From Candidatus Aldehydirespiratoraceae bacterium (lineage in GTDB: Bacteria; Actinomycetota; Acidimicrobiia; Acidimicrobiales; Aldehydirespiratoraceae): a stretch of DNA of 64,000 nt. The notes below the pieces were generated by a model. The model did no database searches. It was not told the origin of the DNA and saw only the letters and a program-made list of their open reading frames with translations. The position numbers and the translations under genes are program-made. This document shows, piece by piece, positions 8,620-16,682 of the stretch (its first letter is position 1; each line of letters opens with the position of its first letter). The DNA is taken from positions 2,454,244 to 2,518,243 of the forward strand of contig OZ242187.1 in NCBI GenBank assembly GCA_965205465.1. Direction: 5' to 3'.

Positions 8620-9093
8620 TCAGTATTCGAGGTCGAGGGATTGGGCTTCTGCGGTGAGTTCGTCGGCGATGGCGCGGCGTTCGGAGTCGTCGTCGTGCTT
8701 GTACTTAAGGAGATCGGCGAGCAGGACTCGGCGCCGGTTGCCGACTCGCCTATAGGGGATCTTGCGTTCCTCAAGCAGCTTCACGAGGTAGGGACGAGAC
8801 ACGTTGAGCAAGTCTGCAGCTTGCTGAGTGGTCAACTCGGCATGAACCGGCGCGACGGTGACGGCGTTGCCGTTGGCGATCTGGGCCAGGATGTCAACGA
8901 GCAGGCGGAGCGCATGCCCTGGAATCTCCAAAGTGGTGTCGGTGTCGTCTGCCTTGAGCGAGACCGAAGCGGCGTTCACCGTGGGGTGCCGACGGAGAAA
9001 CCGATCCAGGATGTCGACCGCGTCGGCCGCTTGGTTTGCTGTGGCCTCATCAGGGATCGCGAGCTGATGATCCAGTACAGCAGGGGGAGTCAT
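8620..9093 (-). CDS. Excisionase-type (HTH_17/MerR-like) DNA-binding protein, copy 1
   Basis: LTTQQAADLLNVSRPYLVKLLEERKIPYRRVGNRRRVLLADLLKY. Start chosen at MTPPAVLDHQ by comparison with copy 2 (29003..29476). Confidence 0.65.
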   Translation of the reverse strand: MTPPAVLDHQLAIPDEATANQAADAVDILDRFLRRHPTVNAASVSLKADDTDTTLEIPGHALRLLVDILAQIANGNAVTVAPVHAELTTQQAADLLNVSRPYLVKLLEERKIPYRRVGNRRRVLLADLLKYKHDDDSERRAIADELTAEAQSLDLEY

Positions 9094-9167
9094 CTTGTTA
9101 CCTCCTCTGACACCTGTGTAGCGAGTCGTGGACACGGTGAGTATGTCGATCGGCTACTTGGAGCATG

Positions 9168-9232
9168 TATCGTAAGTGATATTCAACACATTCGTAATAA
9201 AAATATTATTCAAACTAAATGAAATAGACGAA
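9168..9232. promoter_or_regulatory. AT-rich tract upstream of the HTH gene (candidate promoter/operator), copy 1
   Basis: GTAAGTGATATTCAACACATTCGTAATAAAAATATTATTCAAACTAAATGAAATAG stands out in an otherwise GC-rich context. It lies 75-140 nt upstream of ATG 9093, and a paralogous tract sits at 29551-29612. Confidence 0.4.
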
Positions 9233-9247
9233 TCACGGTTCCTGTTG

Positions 9248-9362
9248 TTACGTTGCTGCTTGGTAGGCGTCGAGTACGAGGGTGTGGAAAAGGTGCAGGG
9301 CATGCTCGGACAGCGGCATGGACTGGTACACCTCCGCAGTGAGACGTTCCGATGAGATCACC
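9248..9362. other. Patchwork scar: 3' end of a Rieske oxygenase gene (9248-9311) joined to a ~45-nt toxin-gene fragment (9318-9362)
   Basis: 9248-9311 is homologous to 29634-29697 (encodes ...SEHALH.FH.LVLDAYQAAT on the minus strand). 9318-9362 matches GACTGGTACACCTCCGCAGTGA.ACGTTCCGATGAGATCACCCGCG at 7539-7583 and 30878-30922. Confidence 0.65.
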
Positions 9363-10233
9363 CGCGAGACATCGGTCGAGGACTGTGACGAGGACCACCA
9401 CGTCGACCACCTGTTGCAACGTGAGAAAAGCCGACGCAACAGTCGATGGAACTTCCTCGGAACCTCGCGCTAGCCGTCCAGCTTTCCAACGAGCGGCGGA
9501 GCTGGCCGGCGCCGTCGCGGATCACGAGCCGGATGGCCTTGTTGTAGCCGATGATCAGGTTCCGGGCAGCTTGGGTGGTCCAGGGACCGGTGGGGTTGGT
9601 GGTGATCGCGGCGAGGTGCACTCGTCGGGTGTCGATCTCGATGAAGAACAGCACATGGAACCGCCGCATGGTGACGGTATCGACGCAGAAGAAGTCGGTC
9701 GCCACCAGGGCGTGGGCTTGGCTAGCAATGAACTCGCTCCAGCTCGGCCCGGTCCGGTTCGGGGTGGGCTCACGTCCGGCATCGCGCAAGATCTTCCACA
9801 CCGTCGACGCGGCAAGACGGTGTCCGAGACGGCATATCTCTCCATGGATGCGTCGGTAGCCCCAGGTTGGGTTCTCTGTGTCGAGGCGCAAGACCAGCCG
9901 ACGAAGCTCCGCTGGTGTGGGAGGGCGCCCGGTTCGGGGCCCAGGTGGTTGGGTCCAGTGGCGGGCGACGAGGTGTCGGTGCCAGCCGATCACGGTGGCC
10001 GGTTTCATGATCAGCATCACACGGGTAAGCCGCTGCCGGTCGAACGCACGCGAGAGCACGGCCAGGATGGTCCGGTCCGTCGGGGTGAACCTCGGCCGCT
10101 CGACTTGTCGCTGCAGGATGAGAATCTGATGGCGAAGGGCGAGGATCTCGGCGTCACGCTTGTCACCGGATACCAACAGCAGTCCGAGACGGGCTATCAG
10201 GAGCCGAAACAGGTGTGAGATAAGCGATGACAC
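9358..10233 (-). mobile_element. rve (integrase-core, IS3/IS481-superfamily) transposase gene, C-terminally degenerate
   Basis: ILALRHQILILQRQVERPRFTPTDR..., NPTWGYRRIHGEICRLGH, VATDFFCVDT...FFIEIDTRRVHLAAIT. The usual third-acidic-residue region is replaced by non-homologous sequence after ...VIRDGAGQ. No terminal repeats recognised. Confidence 0.65.
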
Positions 10234-10504
10234 GGCCGGTCACGGTACTGGTCGCCAACGCTGTGACCTGCAGCGACGCGTTCTCGGCACCCTCAGGCTG
10301 CAGCCGAGCGAGGTGACAGGATTTTCCAATACCGATCCATGCTCACGAACGCTGGTCATGGCTCCGACCTCTCGGCGATTGAAGCAGAGGGATGGAACCT
10401 CGACCAGACGGATTTCCAGCAAGAGACCGAGACGACAGCTGAGCCTGATGGCGAGCAGTACGCCCAGAGTGTCACTTATGCTGTCTACCTCTTTCGACGC
10501 TGAT

Positions 10505-11392
10505 CTACCCGCCGGCCCACTGTTCGAAGGCTGGACCGGCCGCTATGGGTCCGTCTGATCGATCAGATCGTGGGTGTACGCGGTCATTGACGGTAGCGAC
10601 TGTGGCCTCGTCAACGACTCCCGCGAGGGCATAGGAGGCGAGTTCGATTCCTATGCTTCGTGGTGTGGCGAATAGTTCGCGTACGTAGTGGAGCGCGCGC
10701 TGGGTTGTCTCTGCGGACCGGTCGTCACTGAGTAGGAGCTTCGTTGTTTGGGCCATGTCGACGATAGCCGTTGCGTCGAAGAGGCGGTACACATCGCCGG
10801 CATCCTTCGCGATCAGTCGTTCGGGGGTCTTGAGGCGTTCTCCGAGCTTGTGGGTCTTGGCGACCAGCAGCGCGGCGGCGCCGGCGACGTTGACGACAAT
10901 TCGGCGATTGTCACCCTCTTCGAGCGATGTGATCTCGAACGGGTCGAGGTCGACAACGGCGCCTTCAACTCCGTCGCTCTTGCGGGCAGCCGTCTTGCCG
11001 TGGCCGCGGGGGAGTCGAGCGCCACGTCGCCCTGCTCTGGGCACGAGCTGGGCGGGGACGATGAGATCGACCGGCACGGTGACGTCGCCGTCGAAGCCAG
11101 GGCGTTCGAATCGTTGCTGCCAGATTCCGGGCTCGCCAGGAAGCACGAATCCTGCTGCCGCCATGGCATCGCCGAGGAGAGGAGTATCGGCAAGCTGGTC
11201 AGGGTTGATGACGAGGTCAGCGTCGGTGGTGAAGGGCTGGTAGGTCGGTAAGCGGCCTTCGGTCCGCAGGTACACGGCCTGGGCGCCGATAAGCACGACT
11301 GCGTCGATGTGGGGCTGGAGGGCAACGAGCGCGTCGAGCAACACCCGTCGAGCTTCGATGTATTCGATCCGGGGTCTGGCGTTGTCGGTCAT
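10505..11392 (-). CDS. Nucleotidyltransferase-fold toxin-like protein (AbiEii-like)
   Basis: VVLIGAQAVYLRT...FTTDADLVI (G-x-x-A ... T-x-D-x-D-l NTase motif). Start ATG overlaps the stop of the upstream gene (ATGA at 11389-11392). Confidence 0.5.
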   Translation of the reverse strand: MTDNARPRIEYIEARRVLLDALVALQPHIDAVVLIGAQAVYLRTEGRLPTYQPFTTDADLVINPDQLADTPLLGDAMAAAGFVLPGEPGIWQQRFERPGFDGDVTVPVDLIVPAQLVPRAGRRGARLPRGHGKTAARKSDGVEGAVVDLDPFEITSLEEGDNRRIVVNVAGAAALLVAKTHKLGERLKTPERLIAKDAGDVYRLFDATAIVDMAQTTKLLLSDDRSAETTQRALHYVRELFATPRSIGIELASYALAGVVDEATVATVNDRVHPRSDRSDGPIAAGPAFEQWAGG

Positions 11393-12462
11393 GGTAGGCC
11401 CGGTTGAGCGGTGAGGGAGGTGGCTTGCCAGCGTGGGGCTTTGCGGCGCATCCAGTCGAGGAGGGCGTCGCCTTCGGCCGGCATTCGGCCGGGGCCGGTG
11501 AGGCAGTCGATTGCCGCTTGCGCAGGGGAGACGTAGATGGCGTTGTCCTTGGTCCAGATGCGTTCGAACACGATCTGATCGTAAGGCAGGGCTATGACAA
11601 CGTTCCCTCCATTTCGGACAGGACGCAGCCGCGCCCCCACCGCGATCCGTTCAGGGTCCTCGGCGTAGACGACTGCGATCTCGGGCGCGGCGACAGACAC
11701 CAGCGGCGAGGCAGCGAACGATCCGGTGATGGCCCATCGCTTCGTGTTGCTCGCGGCGAGATCTTCGCGGAACTGTTCGGGCCCGGCGGACGCGATCCAG
11801 TTGGTCGTCTCGTTGGAATCGAGCAACGAGTAGCCGGCGGTGATCTGGCCTAGCAGCGACTCCCATTCGACATGTTCAACGGGCCCTCGAGGTACACGGC
11901 TGATCAGCAGTTCGTCGGTCAGCGCACTCAGTAGCCTTGAGACGTAGCCAGCATCAGCGTCGATTGCATGGGCTAGCTCACTCACTCCGTAAGGGGGTTG
12001 CACTTCGGCGAGCGTGCGCAGCAGAGCCCAGGCCCGCGGGCCGCGAATGTTCAACCGCGGCACAGTCGGGGGAGACGGGTCGCGCTGTGCTCCCTCGGTG
12101 CGGAAGACAATCCCGGGTCGCTTCACTACGGCACTGACGTTGCCGGTTTGGTCGACGTAGCCGTATCCGATGTCTTCGAGAAGCTCGCGGCTGCGGGGAC
12201 TCAGCCATTCGCCGGCGATGATCGTGTCGACCTCCGGCTCAGGAAGCGCGACGACTTCGCGGGGCGTGAGATCTCTGCGGACAATAACGGTCAGCTCGCC
12301 TGAGACGTCGTCGGTTGAGGTGACCCGAATGACGCCGCCGTCGTCAGAGCGTCGACCAATCTCGATCTCCCAATCCGGTGGCGCGAGCGAGTCGAGCGAC
12401 TCTACGGTCGCGGCGAACAGACGTCGTGTTGCTTGAGAGACAGGTTTGCGTGCCATGAACAA
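11389..12462 (-). CDS. AbiEi-like winged-helix antitoxin/regulator
   Basis: wHTH segment YGVSELAHAIDADAGYVSRLLSALTDELLISR. Translationally coupled upstream partner of the NTase-fold gene, the canonical AbiEi-AbiEii order. Confidence 0.45.
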   Translation of the reverse strand: MFMARKPVSQATRRLFAATVESLDSLAPPDWEIEIGRRSDDGGVIRVTSTDDVSGELTVIVRRDLTPREVVALPEPEVDTIIAGEWLSPRSRELLEDIGYGYVDQTGNVSAVVKRPGIVFRTEGAQRDPSPPTVPRLNIRGPRAWALLRTLAEVQPPYGVSELAHAIDADAGYVSRLLSALTDELLISRVPRGPVEHVEWESLLGQITAGYSLLDSNETTNWIASAGPEQFREDLAASNTKRWAITGSFAASPLVSVAAPEIAVVYAEDPERIAVGARLRPVRNGGNVVIALPYDQIVFERIWTKDNAIYVSPAQAAIDCLTGPGRMPAEGDALLDWMRRKAPRWQATSLTAQPGLP

Positions 12463-12563
12463 GTCGCCGATCGAGGCAAGTCCGGAGTACCCGGGCCGAT
12501 TCTGAGGGACGTGCTTAGACTATCGACTTGTTTGGAACAAACAAAAGAACTTTGTAGGCACGA

Positions 12564-12586
12564 CTTCTAACGGATCTTCTAACGGA
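12564..12586 (+). repeat. Tandem 11-bp direct repeat CTTCTAACGGA x2 (1-nt spacer)
   Basis: 12564-12574 and 12576-12586 are identical. They lie ~120 nt left of the tRNA-half core and could be recombinase arm-type sites. Confidence 0.35.
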
Positions 12587-12702
12587 CGGTCTGAAACAGG
12601 CTGTTATCCACAGGGACACGCCGACACGTTCATCAGGCATAACACCAGGTCAACCGCATTTTCCGGCACGAATCGACACTCACCGATATGGGCTTTCGCG
12701 AA

Positions 12703-12747
12703 CTCATAACCCGAACGTCGCGGGTTCAAATCCCGCCCCCGCCACCA
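12703..12747 (+). tRNA. Orphan 3' half of a tRNA-Met(CAU) gene (anticodon loop to CCA); not a functional tRNA, probable att core/scar
   Basis: CTCATAACCCGAACGTCGCGGGTTCAAATCCCGCCCCCGCCACCA comprises the CAU anticodon loop, CCCGA stem strand, T-arm GCGGG-TTCAAAT-CCCGC, acceptor strand, discriminator A and CCA. The sequence 5' of 12703 cannot pair (GCGAA where TCGGG is needed; no GGCGGGG acceptor strand). Confidence 0.75.
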
Positions 12748-13021
12748 CCAAAGCCTAAGTCCGAGCACACGCCCCGACTTGGGCTTTGCCGCGTTCAGGG
12801 CTGATGTTCTATTGGACTTTCTAAATGTGCGGTTCTGAAACGACCGTGTGCAGTCCCGGTGAATGCCTAACGCGCTGGCTCCGCTAGCAAGGTCCAACTC
12901 GGCGCCCCACACTCAACGGTGCTGAGCCTTGATCAGGTGCTAGCTACAAACCTAGCGCAGGATTCATCACTCCGTTAACCGTCGGTTGCTATCAGATGTC
13001 ATCGGGTGCTATCATTCAGAT

Positions 13022-15046
13022 ATGGAAGAGGACTGGCTAGGTACCGATGAAGCAGCTAATTATCTCCGGATGGGAAAAACGAAGCTCTACGAACTAACAC
13101 GGGCTGGACGCATCCCATCGAAACGCGTCAGCAAGAGGTGGATGTACGAGCGATCCGAGTTGGCGACGTGGATGTCTGGCAGTCAGGGGTTCGCGGACTT
13201 CTTCCTCAACACACCATTCAGCATCGAGGAGAACACTGGCCTGCGCGAACCACAGCGTGACGCTTGGACGCAAGCCGCGTCTTACTTCGCGCGTGGCGGC
13301 CAGAAGGCGATCGTTCAGTTGCCGGTGGGGTGTGGCAAGTCGGGTGTTGCGGCGATCTTGCCCTTCGGGATTTCAAGAGGGCGAGTGCTGGTCATCTCTC
13401 CGAACCTCACCATCAAGGAGGAGCTCTACCGGGCACTCGACATCACGAATCGCCAGAAGTGTTTCTGGCACCAGCGTGGAGTCCTTGCTCCAGAACACAT
13501 GAGTCATGGTCCGTACGTATGCACCCTCGACACGGGCAACCTGTCGGTCTGTGAGAAGTCGCACATAGTTGTCACCAACATCCAGCAGTTCGGCACCGAC
13601 GCTGAGAAGTGGCTCAATAGGTTTCCTCAGGACTTCTTCGACCTGATCGTCGTTGATGAGGCTCACCATGGGGCGGCCACGAGCTGGCAGCGTGTATTCG
13701 AGCGGTTTCCCGACGCGAAGATCGCGAATCTGACCGCTACGCCTTTTCGGAGCGACCGGCAGGAACTCGATGGTGACCTTGTGTTTCGCTACTCGTTCAA
13801 GAGCGCAAGCCTCAAGGGCTACCTCAAGAAGGTGAAGGCGAGTTATGCGGCGCCGACGGAACTCACGTTCACGATGGAAGGCGAGGAACGGACTTTCACG
13901 CTCGATGAGGTTCTCGCGATGAAGGAGGAGGATTGGTTCAGCCGCGGGGTGGCCCTCTCGACTCCATGCAACGTGTCGATCGTCGACAACAGCCTGGAGA
14001 AGCTTGAACAGCTACGGCAGACGGGAACCAAGCACCAGCTCATCGCCGTCGCATGCTCAATCAACCATGCAAGACAGGTTCGTTCGTTATACCGAGAGCG
14101 GGGCTATGAGGCCGGTATCGTGCACAGCAATCCGCAGCGGCCGCAAGATGAGCAGGCTAATGACGAAGTCATGCGAGACCTCTACAACGGCATTCTGGAT
14201 TGCGTTATTCAGGTCCAGATGCTTGGAGAGGGCTTCGACCACCCGAAGCTCAGTGTCGCCGCAATCTTTCGACCGTTTCGGACGCTGGCGCCGTACATCC
14301 AGTTCGTAGGCCGGATCTTGCGGGTTGTCGTTCAGAACGATCCGAATCACCCGGACAACTACGGCCATATTGTGACCCACATCGGCATGAACCTCGACGA
14401 GCTACTGAAGAAGTTCCAGATGTTCGAGAACGACGATCAACGGTTCTGGGAGGAGGTGACTGGGGGAGTCGAGCCTGATCCCCCGAAGGAGGTTCTCGGC
14501 GGCAGCGCGCGGATGAAGTTGCATGAGGACATGGTTGTCAGCAACGAGATCGTGGAGCAGTTGTTCGAAGAGGACTTCATCACCGCTGAAGATGCGGAGA
14601 TTCGCGAGGACCTCGAAAGGAAGCTGGAAGCTCTCGGCCTGGATCCTCGGTTGGCGGAACAAGTCGTCCAGAAGAGCAGGGCGGCTGACATGAACCCATC
14701 AGTGACGCGAGCGGCGCAACCGTTCAGCAAGCTCCCGGCCAAGCAATGGAAGGAAGCACGGAAGCGACTAGACGAAGAGGCCCGGCGAACATCCAAGATT
14801 CTCCTGAATCGAGTTGGCTTGCGTCCCGAAGGTGTCGAGATCCCGAGACAGCTGAGGCCTGAAATCGGCGCGACGAACAACTCGATTGCCGCTTTGATGA
14901 TGGTGAACATGGCGGTCGGTTCTACCATCGACGACGAGCGAAAGAGACCGGAGTGGTCTTTCGAAGAGTTCGTTGAGGCCATCGAGGCGCTACCCGAAAT
15001 ACTCGACAGTCTCGTGCGTCAACTGAAAGCAGCCCAAAATGCCTAA
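13022..15046 (+). CDS. SF2 DEAH-box helicase (Res-like) with N-terminal excisionase-type HTH
   Basis: HTH: LGTDEAANYLRMGKTKLYELTRAGRIPSKRV. Helicase motifs I QLPVGCGKSG, II LIVVDEAHH, III NLTATPFR, and C-terminal lobe QVQMLGEGFDHPKLS ... FVGRILR. Start taken at ATG 13022 (track ORF opens at 12986). Confidence 0.8.
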   Translation: MEEDWLGTDEAANYLRMGKTKLYELTRAGRIPSKRVSKRWMYERSELATWMSGSQGFADFFLNTPFSIEENTGLREPQRDAWTQAASYFARGGQKAIVQLPVGCGKSGVAAILPFGISRGRVLVISPNLTIKEELYRALDITNRQKCFWHQRGVLAPEHMSHGPYVCTLDTGNLSVCEKSHIVVTNIQQFGTDAEKWLNRFPQDFFDLIVVDEAHHGAATSWQRVFERFPDAKIANLTATPFRSDRQELDGDLVFRYSFKSASLKGYLKKVKASYAAPTELTFTMEGEERTFTLDEVLAMKEEDWFSRGVALSTPCNVSIVDNSLEKLEQLRQTGTKHQLIAVACSINHARQVRSLYRERGYEAGIVHSNPQRPQDEQANDEVMRDLYNGILDCVIQVQMLGEGFDHPKLSVAAIFRPFRTLAPYIQFVGRILRVVVQNDPNHPDNYGHIVTHIGMNLDELLKKFQMFENDDQRFWEEVTGGVEPDPPKEVLGGSARMKLHEDMVVSNEIVEQLFEEDFITAEDAEIREDLERKLEALGLDPRLAEQVVQKSRAADMNPSVTRAAQPFSKLPAKQWKEARKRLDEEARRTSKILLNRVGLRPEGVEIPRQLRPEIGATNNSIAALMMVNMAVGSTIDDERKRPEWSFEEFVEAIEALPEILDSLVRQLKAAQNA

Positions 15047-15272
15047 GGGAAGAACACCGTCACTCATCGGAGCATCGTTAGGACGGCCCAACCAGGTCAC
15101 GTGCGGCCGAAAGTCGGCTTGTAGCCGTTGCCACGAGGACATCCTGAAGGGAGCGACCTGTTACGACGTCCCACGGGTCAACAAGCCGCACGCTGCCACG
15201 CGAAGGTTCTGTCAGGCATGTTTCGACGACGTCCTGGAGCAAACGAGGCGTGACCTCGACAGCTTAGGCTGA
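15039..15272 (+). CDS. Small zinc-ribbon protein
   Basis: 77 aa with C-x5-C-x2-C-H ... C-x16-C-x2-C (CGRKSACSRCH ... CYD ... FCQACF). Its ATG overlaps the helicase stop by 8 nt. Confidence 0.5.
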   Translation: MPKGRTPSLIGASLGRPNQVTCGRKSACSRCHEDILKGATCYDVPRVNKPHAATRRFCQACFDDVLEQTRRDLDSLG

Positions 15273-15276
15273 ATCG

Positions 15277-15426
15277 ATGACGCGACGAGAGAGTCCGCGG
15301 ATGCTGGTGGTGGCGGAACTTCAGCAGCACTGGGTGTCGCAAGTGCGCGCCTGGAACGAGCTGCTCCAACTCTCGGCGTCGAGCAGTCGCGAGCCAGACG
15401 ATGACAACAGGCTTCCTCTACTTTAG
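15277..15426 (+). CDS. Possible 49-codon micro-ORF (below the track's 60-aa cutoff)
   Basis: ATG 15277 lies 4 nt after the zinc-ribbon stop. MTRRESPRMLVVAELQQHWVSQVRAWNELLQLSASSSREPDDDNRLPLL*. About 70% G/C at third positions by hand count. Overlaps the next start by 26 nt. Confidence 0.25.
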   Translation: MTRRESPRMLVVAELQQHWVSQVRAWNELLQLSASSSREPDDDNRLPLL

Positions 15427-16648
15427 CGACGACTACCGCCACGGCTTCTACATCGAAGCACGGGAGCGGTTCACCGACGTCCTTCCGACCGCGCCAAAAA
15501 TCGAGGAACTTCAGATAGCGCTAATTGCCCTAGACCCCCACACGATTGACTTCTCGGCAGTGATGCGGCGGGGCCGAAAGGTTGCATCGTTAAAGTGGTT
15601 GGTCAGCTTCGAAGCAATCGAACCCTTCAATCCCCCGCTCAGAATCTCGGATCTGATCAGCCGACTCGATCCGAGCGTAGGGCGGCGCCTCACCGCCACG
15701 GTCGGCTCGAAGGGATCCCAACTCGCTCAGTACTCATGGACGCAGGTCAGGGATGCGATCGACTCCATCCAGGGCGATGGGTACCTTATGGCCAGAGAAC
15801 AGGCGCTGAAGTATAGGCGACCTCTAGCTACAGCGACTTCAGCCGAACCAGTCGTCGAGTATGAACACGACGCGGTTGGCGTAGCGCTCGATATGTCAGA
15901 TATCGACCGCAAGCCAATATTGGACCGGTGGACTGGGAGTAACTTGGCGCCGTTTCTCACGGGCCTCGACGAGTTCAGGCTTCTCGAAGACAAGATGGTC
16001 GACTTCGACGCCACCGTGTTCGGGGACTGGGCGAGGGAATCGAGTGCTCTGGTCGGTCTTGCGACCTTTCAACAGCGCGGGCGGAAACTGACGATTATCA
16101 ACGTCAATCGGACTGACGTAGAGCATGCCCTCGGGGTTGATCTCGTTTACTACAACCATCAATTCGACGCCTACGTGCTCGTCCAATACAAGAGGATGCA
16201 GAAGCACAACACAACAGGTCACGAGTATCGGCCAGATAAACAACTTGAGAAGGAGTTGGAGAGGATGCGATCCCTGAGTCGATCAGAGACAGCGGCATGC
16301 AATGCGAACGAATACCGGCTCAACGATTCAGGCATGTACCTGAAGCTGTGCCCCTCGACCTCTCCGTCGCTCCAACCTTCTGGCCTCATCCGAGGTATGT
16401 ACTTGCCGTTGGAGTACTGGGACCTGGCGCTCGCCTCAAGCTTGACGTTGGGTAAGCGAGGAGGCCGAGCAGTGACATTTGACAACATCGGTCGGTATAT
16501 GTCGAACTCTCTGTTCGTGAAACTGGTCGCATCGGGCTGGGTCGGCTCACGGGGGCTGACATCCGCCAACGTAACCGAAATCGTGCGGGCGTCACTATCC
16601 GGCAACAAGTCGGTCATGCTCGCTGATGCGCGCGCGGTTGATGCGTGA
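15401..16648 (+). CDS. Unknown 415-aa protein with a PD-(D/E)xK-like (restriction-endonuclease fold) core
   Basis: TDVEHALGVDLVYYNHQFDAYVLVQYKRM at nt 16121-16192: E241, D247, Q262-x-K264. The ~230-aa N-terminal region has no motif I recognise. Confidence 0.45.
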   Translation: MTTGFLYFSDDYRHGFYIEARERFTDVLPTAPKIEELQIALIALDPHTIDFSAVMRRGRKVASLKWLVSFEAIEPFNPPLRISDLISRLDPSVGRRLTATVGSKGSQLAQYSWTQVRDAIDSIQGDGYLMAREQALKYRRPLATATSAEPVVEYEHDAVGVALDMSDIDRKPILDRWTGSNLAPFLTGLDEFRLLEDKMVDFDATVFGDWARESSALVGLATFQQRGRKLTIINVNRTDVEHALGVDLVYYNHQFDAYVLVQYKRMQKHNTTGHEYRPDKQLEKELERMRSLSRSETAACNANEYRLNDSGMYLKLCPSTSPSLQPSGLIRGMYLPLEYWDLALASSLTLGKRGGRAVTFDNIGRYMSNSLFVKLVASGWVGSRGLTSANVTEIVRASLSGNKSVMLADARAVDA

Positions 16649-16682
16649 TGATGCCGAGAACCTACGTAGGAACTGACTTAGC

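Noticed and set aside
8154-8774. 206-aa minus-strand ORF and 8187..8657 / 8527..9222 plus-strand ORFs
   Set aside because: They read across a patchwork of unrelated fragments (spacer, dcm2 stub, antisense of the HTH gene). They cannot be ancestral genes.
12671-12747. Complete tRNA-Met gene
   Set aside because: Only the 3' 45 nt fit a tRNA. The bases where the D-arm, the 5' anticodon-stem strand (GCGAA instead of TCGGG) and the 5' acceptor strand should be do not pair.
12604-12912. 102-aa minus-strand ORF
   Set aside because: It spans the tRNA-half and AT-poor intergenic DNA. It has no RBS or motif and is antisense to a structured RNA remnant.
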